DNA of 64,000 nucleotides from Leptonemataceae bacterium (GCA_965227295.1 OZ245742.1:3872001-3936000); one strand, 5' to 3'. Shown: positions 30,704-40,623, counted from the stretch's first letter. Numbers and translations are program-made. Notes: a model not told the origin generated them from the letters alone.

Positions 30704-31057
30704 TTAGATAATTCTTGCCCGCATCTTCCGTTTTCGCATAAACTGGAAGTGACGGTAGAACGGAACCAGCGCCTCGGGAATCAGCCCGACCTCGATCTCG
30801 TCGCGACGGCTGCGCAGTTGCAGGACCACTTCGGCCGGTAAATCATACTCGATCTGCCCGGCGAACTGGCGCATGCGACGACAGATCTCACGGTCGTTGA
30901 CATCCTCGGAGAGCTTTTCCATCTCCTCGCACAGCCACAGGAGATTGGTGTGCGCCCGGGCGCGCTCCTCGGTGCTCTCGGTGTGGGCATAGTCGCCGGG
31001 GTAGTAGGAATCCCGGGCGGTACGGTACTTCTTGCGGTGTAACGTCAGAGTGCTCAT
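30704..31057 (-). CDS. Hypothetical protein
   Basis: 117-aa ORF with ATG start and host-like codon usage. Confidence 0.65.
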   Translation of the reverse strand: MSTLTLHRKKYRTARDSYYPGDYAHTESTEERARAHTNLLWLCEEMEKLSEDVNDREICRRMRQFAGQIEYDLPAEVVLQLRSRRDEIEVGLIPEALVPFYRHFQFMRKRKMRARII

Positions 31058-31136
31058 CAGTATCTCTTCGGATTTTCGCCGTCAAACCGGAGCGTTTTTT
31101 TCTTTGAACACGAGCGGAATTTCATAAGCTGGAACC

Positions 31137-31937
31137 GTGCAGGTACATCAAATTTATACCGGGTCGTCGCTGCGGAACTTTGCCTACATCATCCAATCCG
31201 GCGACGGGTCCTCGGTATACTGTATCGATCCTTACGACGACACGCAGATCGCGGACTTCCTGGACGCGCGGGGCCTCGCGCTCACGCACATCGTCAACAC
31301 CCACGAGCATCACGATCACACCCGGGGCAATGCCGGTCTGCGGGAACGTTACCCGCGGGCGCGCATCCTGGCCCACGAGGGCGCCGCACGATCGATTCCG
31401 GAGATGGACGAGGGCCTGCGGGCCGGTCAGGAATTGGCGGTTGAGGACGGCGTGTCGTTTCGCGTACTCGACACACCCGGGCACACGTTTACGCACGTAT
31501 GTCTGCTGTTGCGCACGGGGGAACGCGATGAGGGCGTCTTTACCGGCGATACCGTTTTTAATGCGGGCGTCGGGAACTGCCGGAGCGGGGATCCGGGGAC
31601 GCTCTACGATACGATTGCCGGCGAGTTTCACAACCTCGGCGACGACGTACGGGTCTATCCGGGCCACGAGTACATGGGCAACAACCTGCGTTTTACGCTG
31701 GAGTATGATTCGTCGAACACCGCGGCGCGGGATTTGCTGAACGATTACGAAACCGAAATCGCCGCGGGTCGCTACATCGTGTCCACGATCGGCCTGGAAC
31801 GGGACATCAACACGTTCTTTCGCCTGGATTCGGCGGAACTGCGGCGGGATCTTAAGAAACACTTTTCGAATATTAACGATCAGAGCAGCGAACGCGAGGT
31901 CTTTCTGGCGTTACGCAAGCTCAGAGACAGGTGGTAA
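31137..31937 (+). CDS. gloB: Hydroxyacylglutathione hydrolase (glyoxalase II family)
   Basis: THEHHDH, TPGHT, FTGDTVF, PGHEY, STIGLE...N.F. Confidence 0.88.
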   Translation: MQVHQIYTGSSLRNFAYIIQSGDGSSVYCIDPYDDTQIADFLDARGLALTHIVNTHEHHDHTRGNAGLRERYPRARILAHEGAARSIPEMDEGLRAGQELAVEDGVSFRVLDTPGHTFTHVCLLLRTGERDEGVFTGDTVFNAGVGNCRSGDPGTLYDTIAGEFHNLGDDVRVYPGHEYMGNNLRFTLEYDSSNTAARDLLNDYETEIAAGRYIVSTIGLERDINTFFRLDSAELRRDLKKHFSNINDQSSEREVFLALRKLRDRW

Positions 31938-31938
31938 C

Positions 31939-32328
31939 ATGACGATTCCTTTCTGGTGTGTTTTGATTGCGGCGGTGATGATCTATCTCGCCAAACTCCC
32001 GGCGGGCCTGGTGATGGCGAAAAGCCCCGGCGGTTACGATAACGTACATCCGCGGCAACAGCAGGCGCGCCTCAGCGGATTCGGCGCCCGGAGCATCGGT
32101 GCGCACAACAACGCCATCGAAGGTTTTCCGATCTTCGCCGCCGGCGTGATCATCGCGCACATCGGCAGCGGCGACGCCTTCTGGGCGGCGAGTCTTTCGA
32201 TCGCGTACATCGTGATTCGCGTCGCGTATACGGCACTGTACCTGGCGGGTTTCAGTTTTCTGCGAACGGCGGCGTGGACGCTGGGATTGCTGGCGTCGTT
32301 GGCTTTATACGTGTTGCCGGCGCTGTAA
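31939..32328 (+). CDS. MAPEG family membrane protein
   Basis: YDN..PR, R..GAHNN.IE.FP.F, R.AY..LY. Confidence 0.88.
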   Translation: MTIPFWCVLIAAVMIYLAKLPAGLVMAKSPGGYDNVHPRQQQARLSGFGARSIGAHNNAIEGFPIFAAGVIIAHIGSGDAFWAASLSIAYIVIRVAYTALYLAGFSFLRTAAWTLGLLASLALYVLPAL

Positions 32329-32329
32329 G

Positions 32330-33291
32330 GCTGAGTTGCAAACCAACGCCCGGGTCGAGGCGGACTGGCTTAACAAAACGACATGCCACAACTCCGAAGA
32401 GCCGTAGCCAAAAAAGTCCCTTCAACATTGCGCAACTTACCTTGTGTGTCTCACGGCAAACGCCGCGGGGCACAGCTCTTGAACTACCGGACACGTTTTA
32501 TTCGCTCGCTTACGCCCCGAATCGCGGTGTAAGTTAAGGCCAGTTTGGATTAACACTTTTATGGGTACAGCTGGTTCCAGGCGACCACGGAGGTTATGCC
32601 GGGGAATGTGTTAAGGCGCACCGGAACGGCGTCTTCACCGTAAGAAACGCTATGGTAGCTGCGTCGCAACCCCGCGTCCGGGTCGATGCGGACCATCTTA
32701 ACAAAACGAAAATCCACAACTCCCGCTTCGCCGTAGCCAAAAAAGGCCTTTCACGGTTGCGCAGTTTACTTCATGTTTCTCGCGGCAACCGTTACGAACC
32801 GCGGCTCTTGAACTACCTGAAAGTTTTTGTTTGTTCGAGCACGCCCCGAATCGTGGTGTAAGTTAAGGCCAGTTTGGATTAACACTTTTATGGGTACAGC
32901 TGGTTCCAGGCGACCACGGAGGTTATGCCGGGGAATGTGGTAAGGCGCACCGGAACGGCGTCTTCACCTTAAGAAACGCGACGGGAGATGAGTCGCAACC
33001 CCGCGTCCGGGTCGATGCGGACCATCTTAACAAAACGACATACCACAACTCCGAAGAGCCGTAGCCAAAAAGTCCCTTCAACATTGCGCAACTTACCTTG
33101 TGTGTCTCACGGCAAACGCCGCGGGGCACACTCTTGAACTACCGGAAGCGTTTTATTCGTTCGAATACGCCCCGAATCGTGGTGTAAGTTAAGGCCAGTT
33201 TAGATTAGCACTTTTTTGGGTACGGCTGGTTCCAGCAGATGAACGGAGGTTATGCCGGGGAATGTGGTAAGGCGCACCGGAACGGCGTCTT
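32330..33291. repeat. Tandem array of three ~328-329-bp non-coding units
   Basis: CGGGTCGA at 32351/32679/33008; ACGCCCCGAATCG at 32512/32841/33167; GGAGGTTATGCCGGGGAATGTG in each copy. Confidence 0.95.
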
Positions 33292-33327
33292 TATCTCGGA
33301 AAATCCATGAAGCGAATTCGCACAGAT

Positions 33328-33945
33328 CTACACGAAGTCATCGGGCCCGGGGCCGTCGCCCTGGATTTGAGGCATGCAGCGCCGAATCAAGTCGCGCACC
33401 TTCGTCACAATTTCCGACGGCCGGTAGTCTAAGTCTTCGCCGACAACAGTTAAACCCTCGGCCACCAGTTCGAGCAGCGGCAGCAACAGATCTTTCGCCA
33501 CGAAGACCGTGGCGGCGGGGCCGGAGAAACCCAGGCGGTAGCAGTCGGCGTGCACGTCGACTCCGAACGACTCCGCGGTCCAGGCGAGATCCTCGTCGAC
33601 CTCACCGTCCGGGTCGGCGTGGATGTTTTCTATTTTATCGATGACGTCGATGAAAGCCGGGAATTCGGGCAACCAGTGGAGGGCGAGGTGATCGCAGAGC
33701 ACACGATGGCGATTCTTTTCGGAATGGATCAGCAGTACGGCCTTGCGGTACTTTTCCGGGATGCCGTCGGTCGGAAAACGGTTGTCGTGTACCGAGAAGT
33801 ACGTCCCGCGAATGGTGCGCAGCCCGATCTGGGGCAGGTCCGAGAACTCGTGATCGATGTCAGGTTTTGACTGCGCGAAACGTTTTTCGGCGCCTTTCAG
33901 GGCCTCGCGTTCCCAATCTTCCAGTTCCGATTCGTCGAAGGACAT
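33328..33945 (-). CDS. Hypothetical protein downstream of clpA
   Basis: Acidic ~205-aa ORF with host-like codon usage, co-oriented with clpA. Confidence 0.7.
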   Translation of the reverse strand: MSFDESELEDWEREALKGAEKRFAQSKPDIDHEFSDLPQIGLRTIRGTYFSVHDNRFPTDGIPEKYRKAVLLIHSEKNRHRVLCDHLALHWLPEFPAFIDVIDKIENIHADPDGEVDEDLAWTAESFGVDVHADCYRLGFSGPAATVFVAKDLLLPLLELVAEGLTVVGEDLDYRPSEIVTKVRDLIRRCMPQIQGDGPGPDDFV

Positions 33946-33987
33946 AAGCACTCCCGCGGCCGGGCCGCTCGTGCCAGTGTATCACAT

Positions 33988-36441
33988 TCAGAACGTGAAG
34001 ACCAGTTCTTTGCCGCCGCCGTCTGCTTTCTCCTGCGCGCTGATCTTGACCGTGCCGCCCTTCGCAAGCTTGCCGAACAGAATCTCCGTGGACAGGGCGT
34101 GGCTGATCTCGGTCTCCACCACGCGCCGGATGGGCCGCGCGCCGAAGCGATCGTCGAAGCCCTTGTCGGCAAGATACGTGCGTGCCGCATCGTCCAGTTC
34201 GAGTTTGATCTTCTTCGATTTGAGCCGTTCTTCGAGCTCGCCCACCATCTTACGCACGATGCGATCGACGTGATCATCGCCCAGGCGGTTGAACTGCACG
34301 ACGGCCGTGAGTCGGTTGCGGAACTCCGGGCTGAACGCGCGCTCCACGGCCTTGAGGTTGCGGTCGGTATGAATGTCATCACCGAAGCCGATGCTGCGCC
34401 GCGACGCTTCCTGCGCCCCCGTGTTCGTGGTCATGATCAGAATGATCTGACGGAAGTCCGACTTGCGGCCGTTGTTGTCGGTAAGCGTGGCGTAGTCCAT
34501 GACCTGGAGCAGGATGTTGTACAGATCCTCGTGGGCCTTTTCGATTTCGTCGAGTAACAAGACGGCGTGGGGTTGGCGATGGATCGCCTCCGTGAGCTGG
34601 CCGCCCTGATCGAAACCGACGTAACCCGGCGGCGAACCGATGAGCCGCGACACGGTGTGTTTCTCCATGTACTCGGACATGTCGAAACGAATGAAGCCGA
34701 TGCCGAGGAGTTCGGCGAGTTGTTTGGCCAGTTCCGTTTTACCGACACCCGTGGGGCCGGCGAAGAGGAACGAACCGACGGGTTTGTCCGGCTCACCCAG
34801 GCCGGCGCGGGAAAGTTGAATGGAGCGCACCACCTGGGTAATGGCCTCGTCCTGGCCGTAGATGTTCGCCTTGAGTTCGTCCTCAATGTTCTGCAACTTC
34901 TTGCGATCGTCGGTGCGCACCGTCTTCGTGGGCACTTTGGCGATGCGCGAGATCATCTGCTCCACGTCCTTGACGGTGACCTTGGGGCGCTTGACTTCTT
35001 CTTGCTGATTATTAGCGGAAGTTCCTTTGTCGTTGTCCGCGCCCGTTTTTTCCAGAAGGGCGCTCGCACTTTCGCGATCCGAGAGCGAGGCGGTAATGTC
35101 GATGTCTTCGTCCTCATCCACTTCGCCGGCCGCCACGTCCTGCAATGTGTCGAGGTCTACCGGGGCGACGTTGTGGCGTAACTTCACTTCCGCGCCGGTT
35201 TCGTCGAGCACGTCGATGGCCTTGTCCGGCAGGAAACGATCCGTGATGTGCCGCGCGGAAAGCTCCACGGACGCCTTGATGGCGCCCGGGCTGTAGGAGA
35301 CGTGATGGTAGTCCTCGTAGTACTTCTTCAGGCCCTCGAGGATTTTGATGCATTCCTCTTCGGTGGGTTCGCGCACGTCGATCTTCTGAAAGCGCCGGGA
35401 GAGCGCGTGGTCTTTTTCGAAGATGCTGCGGTACTCTTTATAGGTGGTCGTGCCGATGCAGGAGATCTCACCGTTGGCGAGAGCCGGTTTGATCATGTTC
35501 GAGGCGTCCAGCGCCCCGCCGCTCACCGCGCCGGCACCGATGATCGTATGGATTTCGTCCACGAAGAGCACGGCGTTCGGGTTCTTCTTGAGCATTTCGA
35601 TGACGGCCTTGAGGCGTTCTTCGAATTCGCCGCGGTACTTCGTGCCGGCGAGCAGGCCGCCCATGTCCAGCGCAAAGACCTCGCGATTCTTCAACGCCTC
35701 GGGGACCTCGCCCTCGACGATGCGTTTCGCCAGGCCCTCGACGATGGCGGTTTTACCCACGCCCGCGTCGCCGACGAAGATGGGGTTATTTTTGCGACGG
35801 CGTGCCAGAATGTGAATGGTGCGCTCCAGCTCGGTCTCCCGGCCGATCATGGGATCGATCTTGCCTTCGCGGGCTTTATCGTTGAGGTTCACGCAGAACC
35901 GGGCGAGGGCGTCTTTGCCCTGGGGCCGGCCGTCTTCTTCATCGGCTTCGCCGCCGTCACCCTCGGTGTCTTCCGCGTCGCCGGTATAACCGGCGTCGAC
36001 TTTCGAGATGCCGTGGGAGATGAACCGCACCACGTCCAGGCGCGACACGTTGTGTTTTTCGAGAAAGAACACGGCGTGGCTTTCTTTTTCTCGAAAGATG
36101 GCCGCGAGTACGTTGGCGGAGCTGACTTCCTTTTTGCCCGCGGACTGCACGTGGGCGATGGCGATCTGCATGACATACTGAAAGCCCAGCGTATACTGCG
36201 GTTCGTAGTCGTCGCCGACGCTGTCTTCCGGCAACGCTTCGATTTCGGTTTCCAGGAATTGCTTCACGTCGCTGCCGATCTCGTTCACGTCGGCGCCGAC
36301 GTGCAGCAGTACGTTGCATGCGGTTTTATCGAAGGTGAGGGCGTACAGCAGGTGTTCGAGCGTTATGAACTCATGCTTGCGTCGCTTCGCCTCTTCGTAG
36401 GCGCGCTGGAGTGTCTTCTGTAATTCATCGCTCAGGTTCAT
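33988..36441 (-). CDS. clpA: ATP-dependent Clp protease ATPase subunit ClpA
   Basis: [11 protein letters not shown]-domain, GDAGVGKT and GPTGVGKT Walker A motifs, [12 protein letters not shown] loop; downstream of clpS. Confidence 0.96.
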   Translation of the reverse strand: MNLSDELQKTLQRAYEEAKRRKHEFITLEHLLYALTFDKTACNVLLHVGADVNEIGSDVKQFLETEIEALPEDSVGDDYEPQYTLGFQYVMQIAIAHVQSAGKKEVSSANVLAAIFREKESHAVFFLEKHNVSRLDVVRFISHGISKVDAGYTGDAEDTEGDGGEADEEDGRPQGKDALARFCVNLNDKAREGKIDPMIGRETELERTIHILARRRKNNPIFVGDAGVGKTAIVEGLAKRIVEGEVPEALKNREVFALDMGGLLAGTKYRGEFEERLKAVIEMLKKNPNAVLFVDEIHTIIGAGAVSGGALDASNMIKPALANGEISCIGTTTYKEYRSIFEKDHALSRRFQKIDVREPTEEECIKILEGLKKYYEDYHHVSYSPGAIKASVELSARHITDRFLPDKAIDVLDETGAEVKLRHNVAPVDLDTLQDVAAGEVDEDEDIDITASLSDRESASALLEKTGADNDKGTSANNQQEEVKRPKVTVKDVEQMISRIAKVPTKTVRTDDRKKLQNIEDELKANIYGQDEAITQVVRSIQLSRAGLGEPDKPVGSFLFAGPTGVGKTELAKQLAELLGIGFIRFDMSEYMEKHTVSRLIGSPPGYVGFDQGGQLTEAIHRQPHAVLLLDEIEKAHEDLYNILLQVMDYATLTDNNGRKSDFRQIILIMTTNTGAQEASRRSIGFGDDIHTDRNLKAVERAFSPEFRNRLTAVVQFNRLGDDHVDRIVRKMVGELEERLKSKKIKLELDDAARTYLADKGFDDRFGARPIRRVVETEISHALSTEILFGKLAKGGTVKISAQEKADGGGKELVFTF

Positions 36442-36478
36442 AATGGTATCTCAACGTTCGTGTGTTTTCAACTCTTCC

Positions 36479-36588
36479 GCGTTAGCGATCCGTAGGGTGG
36501 CGCGCAGCGCCAGTCTCGCCGTCAGGCGAGACCGCAGCGAAGCGGAGCCCGGAGGAGCGCGACCCGAGCGAAGCGAGGGGAACGCCCA
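36479..36588 (+). ncRNA. Flavo-1-like structured repeat, copy 2
   Basis: GCGTTAGCGAT...GGAGCGCGACCC-hairpin-GGGAACGCCCA. Confidence 0.6.
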
Positions 36589-36659
36589 TATAAGCATGCA
36601 TTGATTCTACATTAGCAGCGAAAATTTTTACGGGCCACATAGTCTGTTCCGATCTTTTT

Positions 36660-36770
36660 TGGGCGCCCCCGCCGCTGTGCGGCGGTCGGGCTGCTACGGG
36701 CTCCGCTTCGCTGTGGTCCTCCGCGCTTCGCGCTCCGGACTCGCTTCGCGACCCTCCGCATCCCTGGCGC
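36660..36770 (-). ncRNA. Flavo-1-like structured repeat, copy 3 (inverted relative to copy 2)
   Basis: Minus strand GCGCCAGGGAT...AGCCCGACC-hairpin-GGCGCCCA. Confidence 0.6.
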
Positions 36771-36785
36771 GAAGAATGAAATAGC

Positions 36786-37145
36786 TTACCCGTCTCCTTC
36801 TTCGCCTTCTTCCACTTCTAAGATGCATTGCAGGGGGTGTTGGTTACGCTCGGCCAGATCGTGGACCTGTTGCACCTTCGTGCGGGCCACGTCGTGCGTA
36901 TACCGGCCGACGATGCTTTTGCCCTTGTTGTGGACCTCCAGCATGAGATGCGTCGCCTCTTCCAGCGCCTTGTGAAAGACCTTCTGCAACACCCACACCA
37001 CGAAGTCCATGGGCGTGTAGTCGTCGTTCAGCATGACCACGCGATACATGCTCGGCTTCTTCGTGCGGATTTTTTTCCGCGTGAGAAGCTGTGTGCCTCC
37101 GCCGTGGTCGTCGTCTTCGTGATGATCGTTGTCTCTTCCGGCCAT
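36786..37145 (-). CDS. clpS: Clp protease adaptor ClpS
   Basis: [31 protein letters not shown]. Confidence 0.96.
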   Translation of the reverse strand: MAGRDNDHHEDDDHGGGTQLLTRKKIRTKKPSMYRVVMLNDDYTPMDFVVWVLQKVFHKALEEATHLMLEVHNKGKSIVGRYTHDVARTKVQQVHDLAERNQHPLQCILEVEEGEEGDG

Positions 37146-37161
37146 GTCTGGTTGAGGTCCG

Positions 37162-38361
37162 TTAAACTTCGGGTTGGCCCAGGTATTTGAGCGGCGAGTG
37201 CGTGTTGCTCTCCTGGATGGCCCGGTCGACGTACATCCGCTCGTTTTCCAGGAAACCGCCGATGGCCCGCCGCCCCTCCGGATGCGCCAGCCAGTGCGAA
37301 CTGTAGCACGGCATGGTGGCAAAACCGCGGGCGAACTTGTGTTCGCCCTGGGCACCCGCCTCGAACACCTCTACCCCGTGTTCCACGGCGTAGTCAATCA
37401 ATTGATAATAGCACAATTCGAAATGAAGGCACGAATAATCCGCGACGCAGCCCCAGTAGCGCCCGTACAACTTGCGGTTTTTGTGGAAATTCAGCGTGCC
37501 GGCAACCCAGCCGCCGGTGCGGGCGGCGGCGGGCGGTCCGGGCCCGTCTTTTTCCCGGGCCAGCAGCAGGATCATTCTGTGACGAAACGTATCAAGAATA
37601 CGATCGAACCAGGCGCGGTTGAGGTAGGGGCGGCCCCACTTGCGGCTGCCCGTGTCCATGTAAAAATGATACATGGCCTGCATGTGTTGCGGCTGAATCT
37701 CGTCGCCGGTGAGCGTAAGAATCTCCAGCTTCTGGTCGCGCACGGTTTCGCGTTCTTTGCGGATCGTCTTGCGTTTGCGCGATTTGAGGTCGGCCAGGTA
37801 ATCATCGAAGCTTGCGTAGTTGCGATTCTGCCAGTGGAACTGCGTCGAGAGGCGCGTCAGGAAGCCGCGCTTTTCCAGAATCCGGCTTTCGCGCTCCGAG
37901 AGAAACAAGAAGTGCAGCGAGGAAAGTCCGAGCTCCTCGCAGTACTCGACGACCGCATCCGTCAGGGTTGTGACTGTGCTTTCGTAGTCAGCGTCGGGGT
38001 GGACCAGGAACCGTTCGCCGTTGGCCGGTGTGAAGGGTACGGCGACGAGCCCCTTGGGATAGTACCGCAGTCCCGCGCGCATGTAGGCGTCGGCCCAGCC
38101 GTGGTCGAAGATGTACTCGCCGTAGGAATCGAATTTGATGTAGAGCGTAACCGCCCCGTCGAGCCGGCCGTCGCGTTCCAGCAAGAAGTAGCGCGGTTGC
38201 CAGGATGTGTCTTCGCCGACGCAGCCCGAGGCCTGGAGGGCGTGCAAGAACTCGTACTCCAGGAAGGGATGATCCGGATCGGAGGCGGCGTTCCATTGTT
38301 CGCGCAGATCGGCGAAGTCGGCGGGGTCCGTGTGGATGGTGATCTGCGCACTGCGACTCAT
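37162..38361 (-). CDS. FemAB-like GNAT protein (DUF482 / PF04339 type)
   Basis: [60 protein letters not shown]. Confidence 0.9.
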   Translation of the reverse strand: MSRSAQITIHTDPADFADLREQWNAASDPDHPFLEYEFLHALQASGCVGEDTSWQPRYFLLERDGRLDGAVTLYIKFDSYGEYIFDHGWADAYMRAGLRYYPKGLVAVPFTPANGERFLVHPDADYESTVTTLTDAVVEYCEELGLSSLHFLFLSERESRILEKRGFLTRLSTQFHWQNRNYASFDDYLADLKSRKRKTIRKERETVRDQKLEILTLTGDEIQPQHMQAMYHFYMDTGSRKWGRPYLNRAWFDRILDTFRHRMILLLAREKDGPGPPAAARTGGWVAGTLNFHKNRKLYGRYWGCVADYSCLHFELCYYQLIDYAVEHGVEVFEAGAQGEHKFARGFATMPCYSSHWLAHPEGRRAIGGFLENERMYVDRAIQESNTHSPLKYLGQPEV

Positions 38362-38405
38362 TTTCTATAGCTAAAATAAGGATCGGCCTCTCATCTGTCC
38401 AGAGA

Positions 38406-38951
38406 ATGGGACGATCGTTGTGGGTCTTCGGTTACGGTTCGTTGATGTGGAATCCCGGCTTTCCGTACGAACTGACGGAGCCGGCAATCCTGGACGGCTG
38501 GCATCGCGCGTTTTGCCGGCTCTCCTGGCGTCACCGCGGTACGCCGGAGGCGCCGGGCATGGTGGCCGGCCTCATGCCCGGCGGGGCATGTCACGGTCGC
38601 ACCTTTCGCGTGTCAGCATCGAACGTCGACGACGTGCTTGCGTACCTCGATGAACGCGAGGGGCCGGGCTATCATCGCCGCGAGTTTCCCGTGCGTTTGC
38701 TTGAGAATCGTACGGCGGATGCGCCGGCTGCAATTGTCTACGTGCCGAATCCCGAGCATCCGACCTACGCCGGCGATCTTTCGCGCGCAGAGACCGTGCG
38801 TTTGATTGCAACGGGCGTCGGCAACTCCGGGCGCGCGGTCGATTACCTGGCCGATCTGGTCCGACACCTGGACGAACTGGGGATCGATGAGCCGGTGTTC
38901 CGGGAGATGCTGAGAGACGTGCAGGGGTATGGGAAGCCACAGGGAGGATGA
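38406..38951 (+). CDS. chaC: ChaC-family gamma-glutamylcyclotransferase
   Basis: WVFGYGSLMWNPGF, HRGTPEAPG, YLDERE. Confidence 0.9.
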   Translation: MGRSLWVFGYGSLMWNPGFPYELTEPAILDGWHRAFCRLSWRHRGTPEAPGMVAGLMPGGACHGRTFRVSASNVDDVLAYLDEREGPGYHRREFPVRLLENRTADAPAAIVYVPNPEHPTYAGDLSRAETVRLIATGVGNSGRAVDYLADLVRHLDELGIDEPVFREMLRDVQGYGKPQGG

Positions 38952-38986
38952 GAGGGTGTGAGGCAAAGTGAATTGTTAGATTCATT

Positions 38987-39030
38987 TGGGCGTCTCCCGG
39001 CCGTCGCGTCCCGCTTGTCGGGAGGCGACT
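38987..39030 (-). repeat. Partial family A repeat (3' end)
   Basis: TGGGCGTCTC followed by a GC hairpin, then the similarity stops. Confidence 0.45.
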
Positions 39031-39105
39031 ACAAATATTGCTTCATTTGGAAGTTAGAGAATCGATCTCTTAACTGAAAATCATAGTGAAATTGCAATGT
39101 TTTCT

Positions 39106-39267
39106 TGGGCGCCTCGCCGCTTGCGCGGCGACCGGGCTCTCCAGGGCTCCGGCTTCGCCTGCGGTCCTCCGCTGCGCTCCGGACTTGCGCCGTCATCTCC
39201 CGCTCGTCGGGAGATGACAGATGATCCGCTTTGACGGCGCAACCCTTCCGATCCCTGGCGCGAAGAG
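39106..39267 (-). ncRNA. Flavo-1-like structured repeat, copy 5, with an enlarged nested hairpin
   Basis: Minus strand CTCTTCGCGCCAGGGAT...GAGAGCCCGGTC...GGCGCCCA; very similar to copy 1. Confidence 0.6.
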
Positions 39268-39330
39268 CGGCTTCGCCGCAAAACTGTCAAAATACGGCAC
39301 GTTGTATGTTCCGTGGACTTTTTAGTCAGC

Positions 39331-39369
39331 CCCTCGCTGCGCGACCCTCCGTATCGCTGACGCGAAGAG
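39331..39369 (-). repeat. Partial family A repeat (5' end)
   Basis: Minus strand CTCTTCGCGTCAGCGATACGGAGGGT... Confidence 0.55.
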
Positions 39370-39411
39370 CCGGCGATCTCCGGCCGTCATACACTTCTTC
39401 TCAATCTTATC

Positions 39412-39434
39412 CTCGGTCCCTCGGTCCTCGGAGT
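39412..39434. repeat. Solo family B REP-like unit
   Basis: CTCGGTCCCTCGGTCCTCGGAGT, identical to 25524-25546. Confidence 0.75.
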
Positions 39435-39444
39435 GGCAAATTCT

Positions 39445-40623
39445 TCACACCGCCTCGATCACCATTGCAATGCCCTGGCCGCCGCCGATGCAGAGCGACG
39501 CCACGCCCAGTTTTTCGCCGCGGCGCTTCAGTTCTTTGGCGAGGGTCAACAGCACCCGGTTGCCCGACGCACCCAGCGGGTGACCGAGGGCGATGGCGCC
39601 GCCGTTCACGTTCGTGATCTCGCGTTTGAGACCGAGCATCTTCTCGACGGCAAGGTACTGCGCCGCGAAGGCCTCGTTGACTTCCACTAAGTTTATTTCA
39701 TTTAAGTCTACGCCCGCCATGGTGAGCGCGCGGGGGATGGCGTGCACCGGGCCGATGCCCATCTGATCCGGGGCGCAGCCGGCCACGCCCCAGCCGCGGA
39801 TCTTCGCGAGCGGAGTGAGTCCGCGTTTTTCCACGAACGCCTGCGATGCAATCGTAACCGCCGAGGCGCCGTCGTTGATGCCCGAGGCGTTGCCGGCGGT
39901 TACCGTGCCGTCTTTCGCGAACGCCGGCGGGAGCTTCGGTAACTTTTCAGCGCCCGCCTTACCGCGGATGAACTCATCCTGCTCCACGACGACGTCGCCC
40001 TTGCGGCTCTTGAGTGTGACGGGTACGATCTCGTCCGCGAAGACGCCGTTGTCGCGCGCCGCCTCCGCGGCGCTCTGCGAACGGGCGGCGTACTCGTCCT
40101 GTTCTTCGCGCGGGATGCTGTGGATCTTCGCCAGATTTTCCGCGGTCTGGCCCATCGCGAGATCGACGTGTTTGTCGGTGAGGCCTTCGAGCAACATGTC
40201 CTCAAGTTCGGCCGAGCCGAGGCGATTGCCGAAGCGGGCGCCGCGTGCGGCATACGGCGCCTGGGACATGCTTTCCACTCCGCCGGAGAGCGCGCATTCG
40301 AAGCGGTCGAGGGCGATGCCCTGCGCGGCCTGCACAACGGCTTCGAGTCCCGAACCACACAACCGGTTCAACGTAAGCGCCGGTGAAGTGATGGGCACGC
40401 CGGCCTGCAGCGCGATGTGTCGCGCCAGATAGATGGACCGGGCGTCGGCGGGGATGACGTTGCCGAAGAAGACCTCTTCGACATCGTCCGCGGAAACACC
40501 GCTCCTGTTCAGCGCCGCCTCGCTCACGATGCGTCCGAGTTCGATGGGATGCACGTCTTTTAACGCGCCGCCGAAGTTTCCGAAAGGTGTACGTGCGCCG
40601 TCGATGATGTAAGATTCCTGCAT
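39445..40623 (-). CDS. Acetyl-CoA C-acyltransferase (thiolase)
   Basis: [38 protein letters not shown]. Confidence 0.95.
   Translation of the reverse strand: MQESYIIDGARTPFGNFGGALKDVHPIELGRIVSEAALNRSGVSADDVEEVFFGNVIPADARSIYLARHIALQAGVPITSPALTLNRLCGSGLEAVVQAAQGIALDRFECALSGGVESMSQAPYAARGARFGNRLGSAELEDMLLEGLTDKHVDLAMGQTAENLAKIHSIPREEQDEYAARSQSAAEAARDNGVFADEIVPVTLKSRKGDVVVEQDEFIRGKAGAEKLPKLPPAFAKDGTVTAGNASGINDGASAVTIASQAFVEKRGLTPLAKIRGWGVAGCAPDQMGIGPVHAIPRALTMAGVDLNEINLVEVNEAFAAQYLAVEKMLGLKREITNVNGGAIALGHPLGASGNRVLLTLAKELKRRGEKLGVASLCIGGGQGIAMVIEAV

Noticed and set aside
32368..32620. Integron attC-like motifs (GCTTAAC, TTAACAC...GTGTTAA, GTTATGC)
   Set aside because: The boxes are not conserved in all copies, there is no extended attC hairpin, and there are no cassette ORFs or integrase.
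32252..33129. Short ORFs inside the repeat (32252-32494, 32274-32537, 32652-32861, 32923-33129) as real peptides
   Set aside because: They fall in different frames and strands in different copies and are broken by indels. Some third-position bias exists but does not identify one frame.
32330..33291. CRISPR array interpretation of the tandem repeat
   Set aside because: The period is ~329 bp, the whole unit is homologous between copies (no unique spacers), and there are no cas genes in the window.
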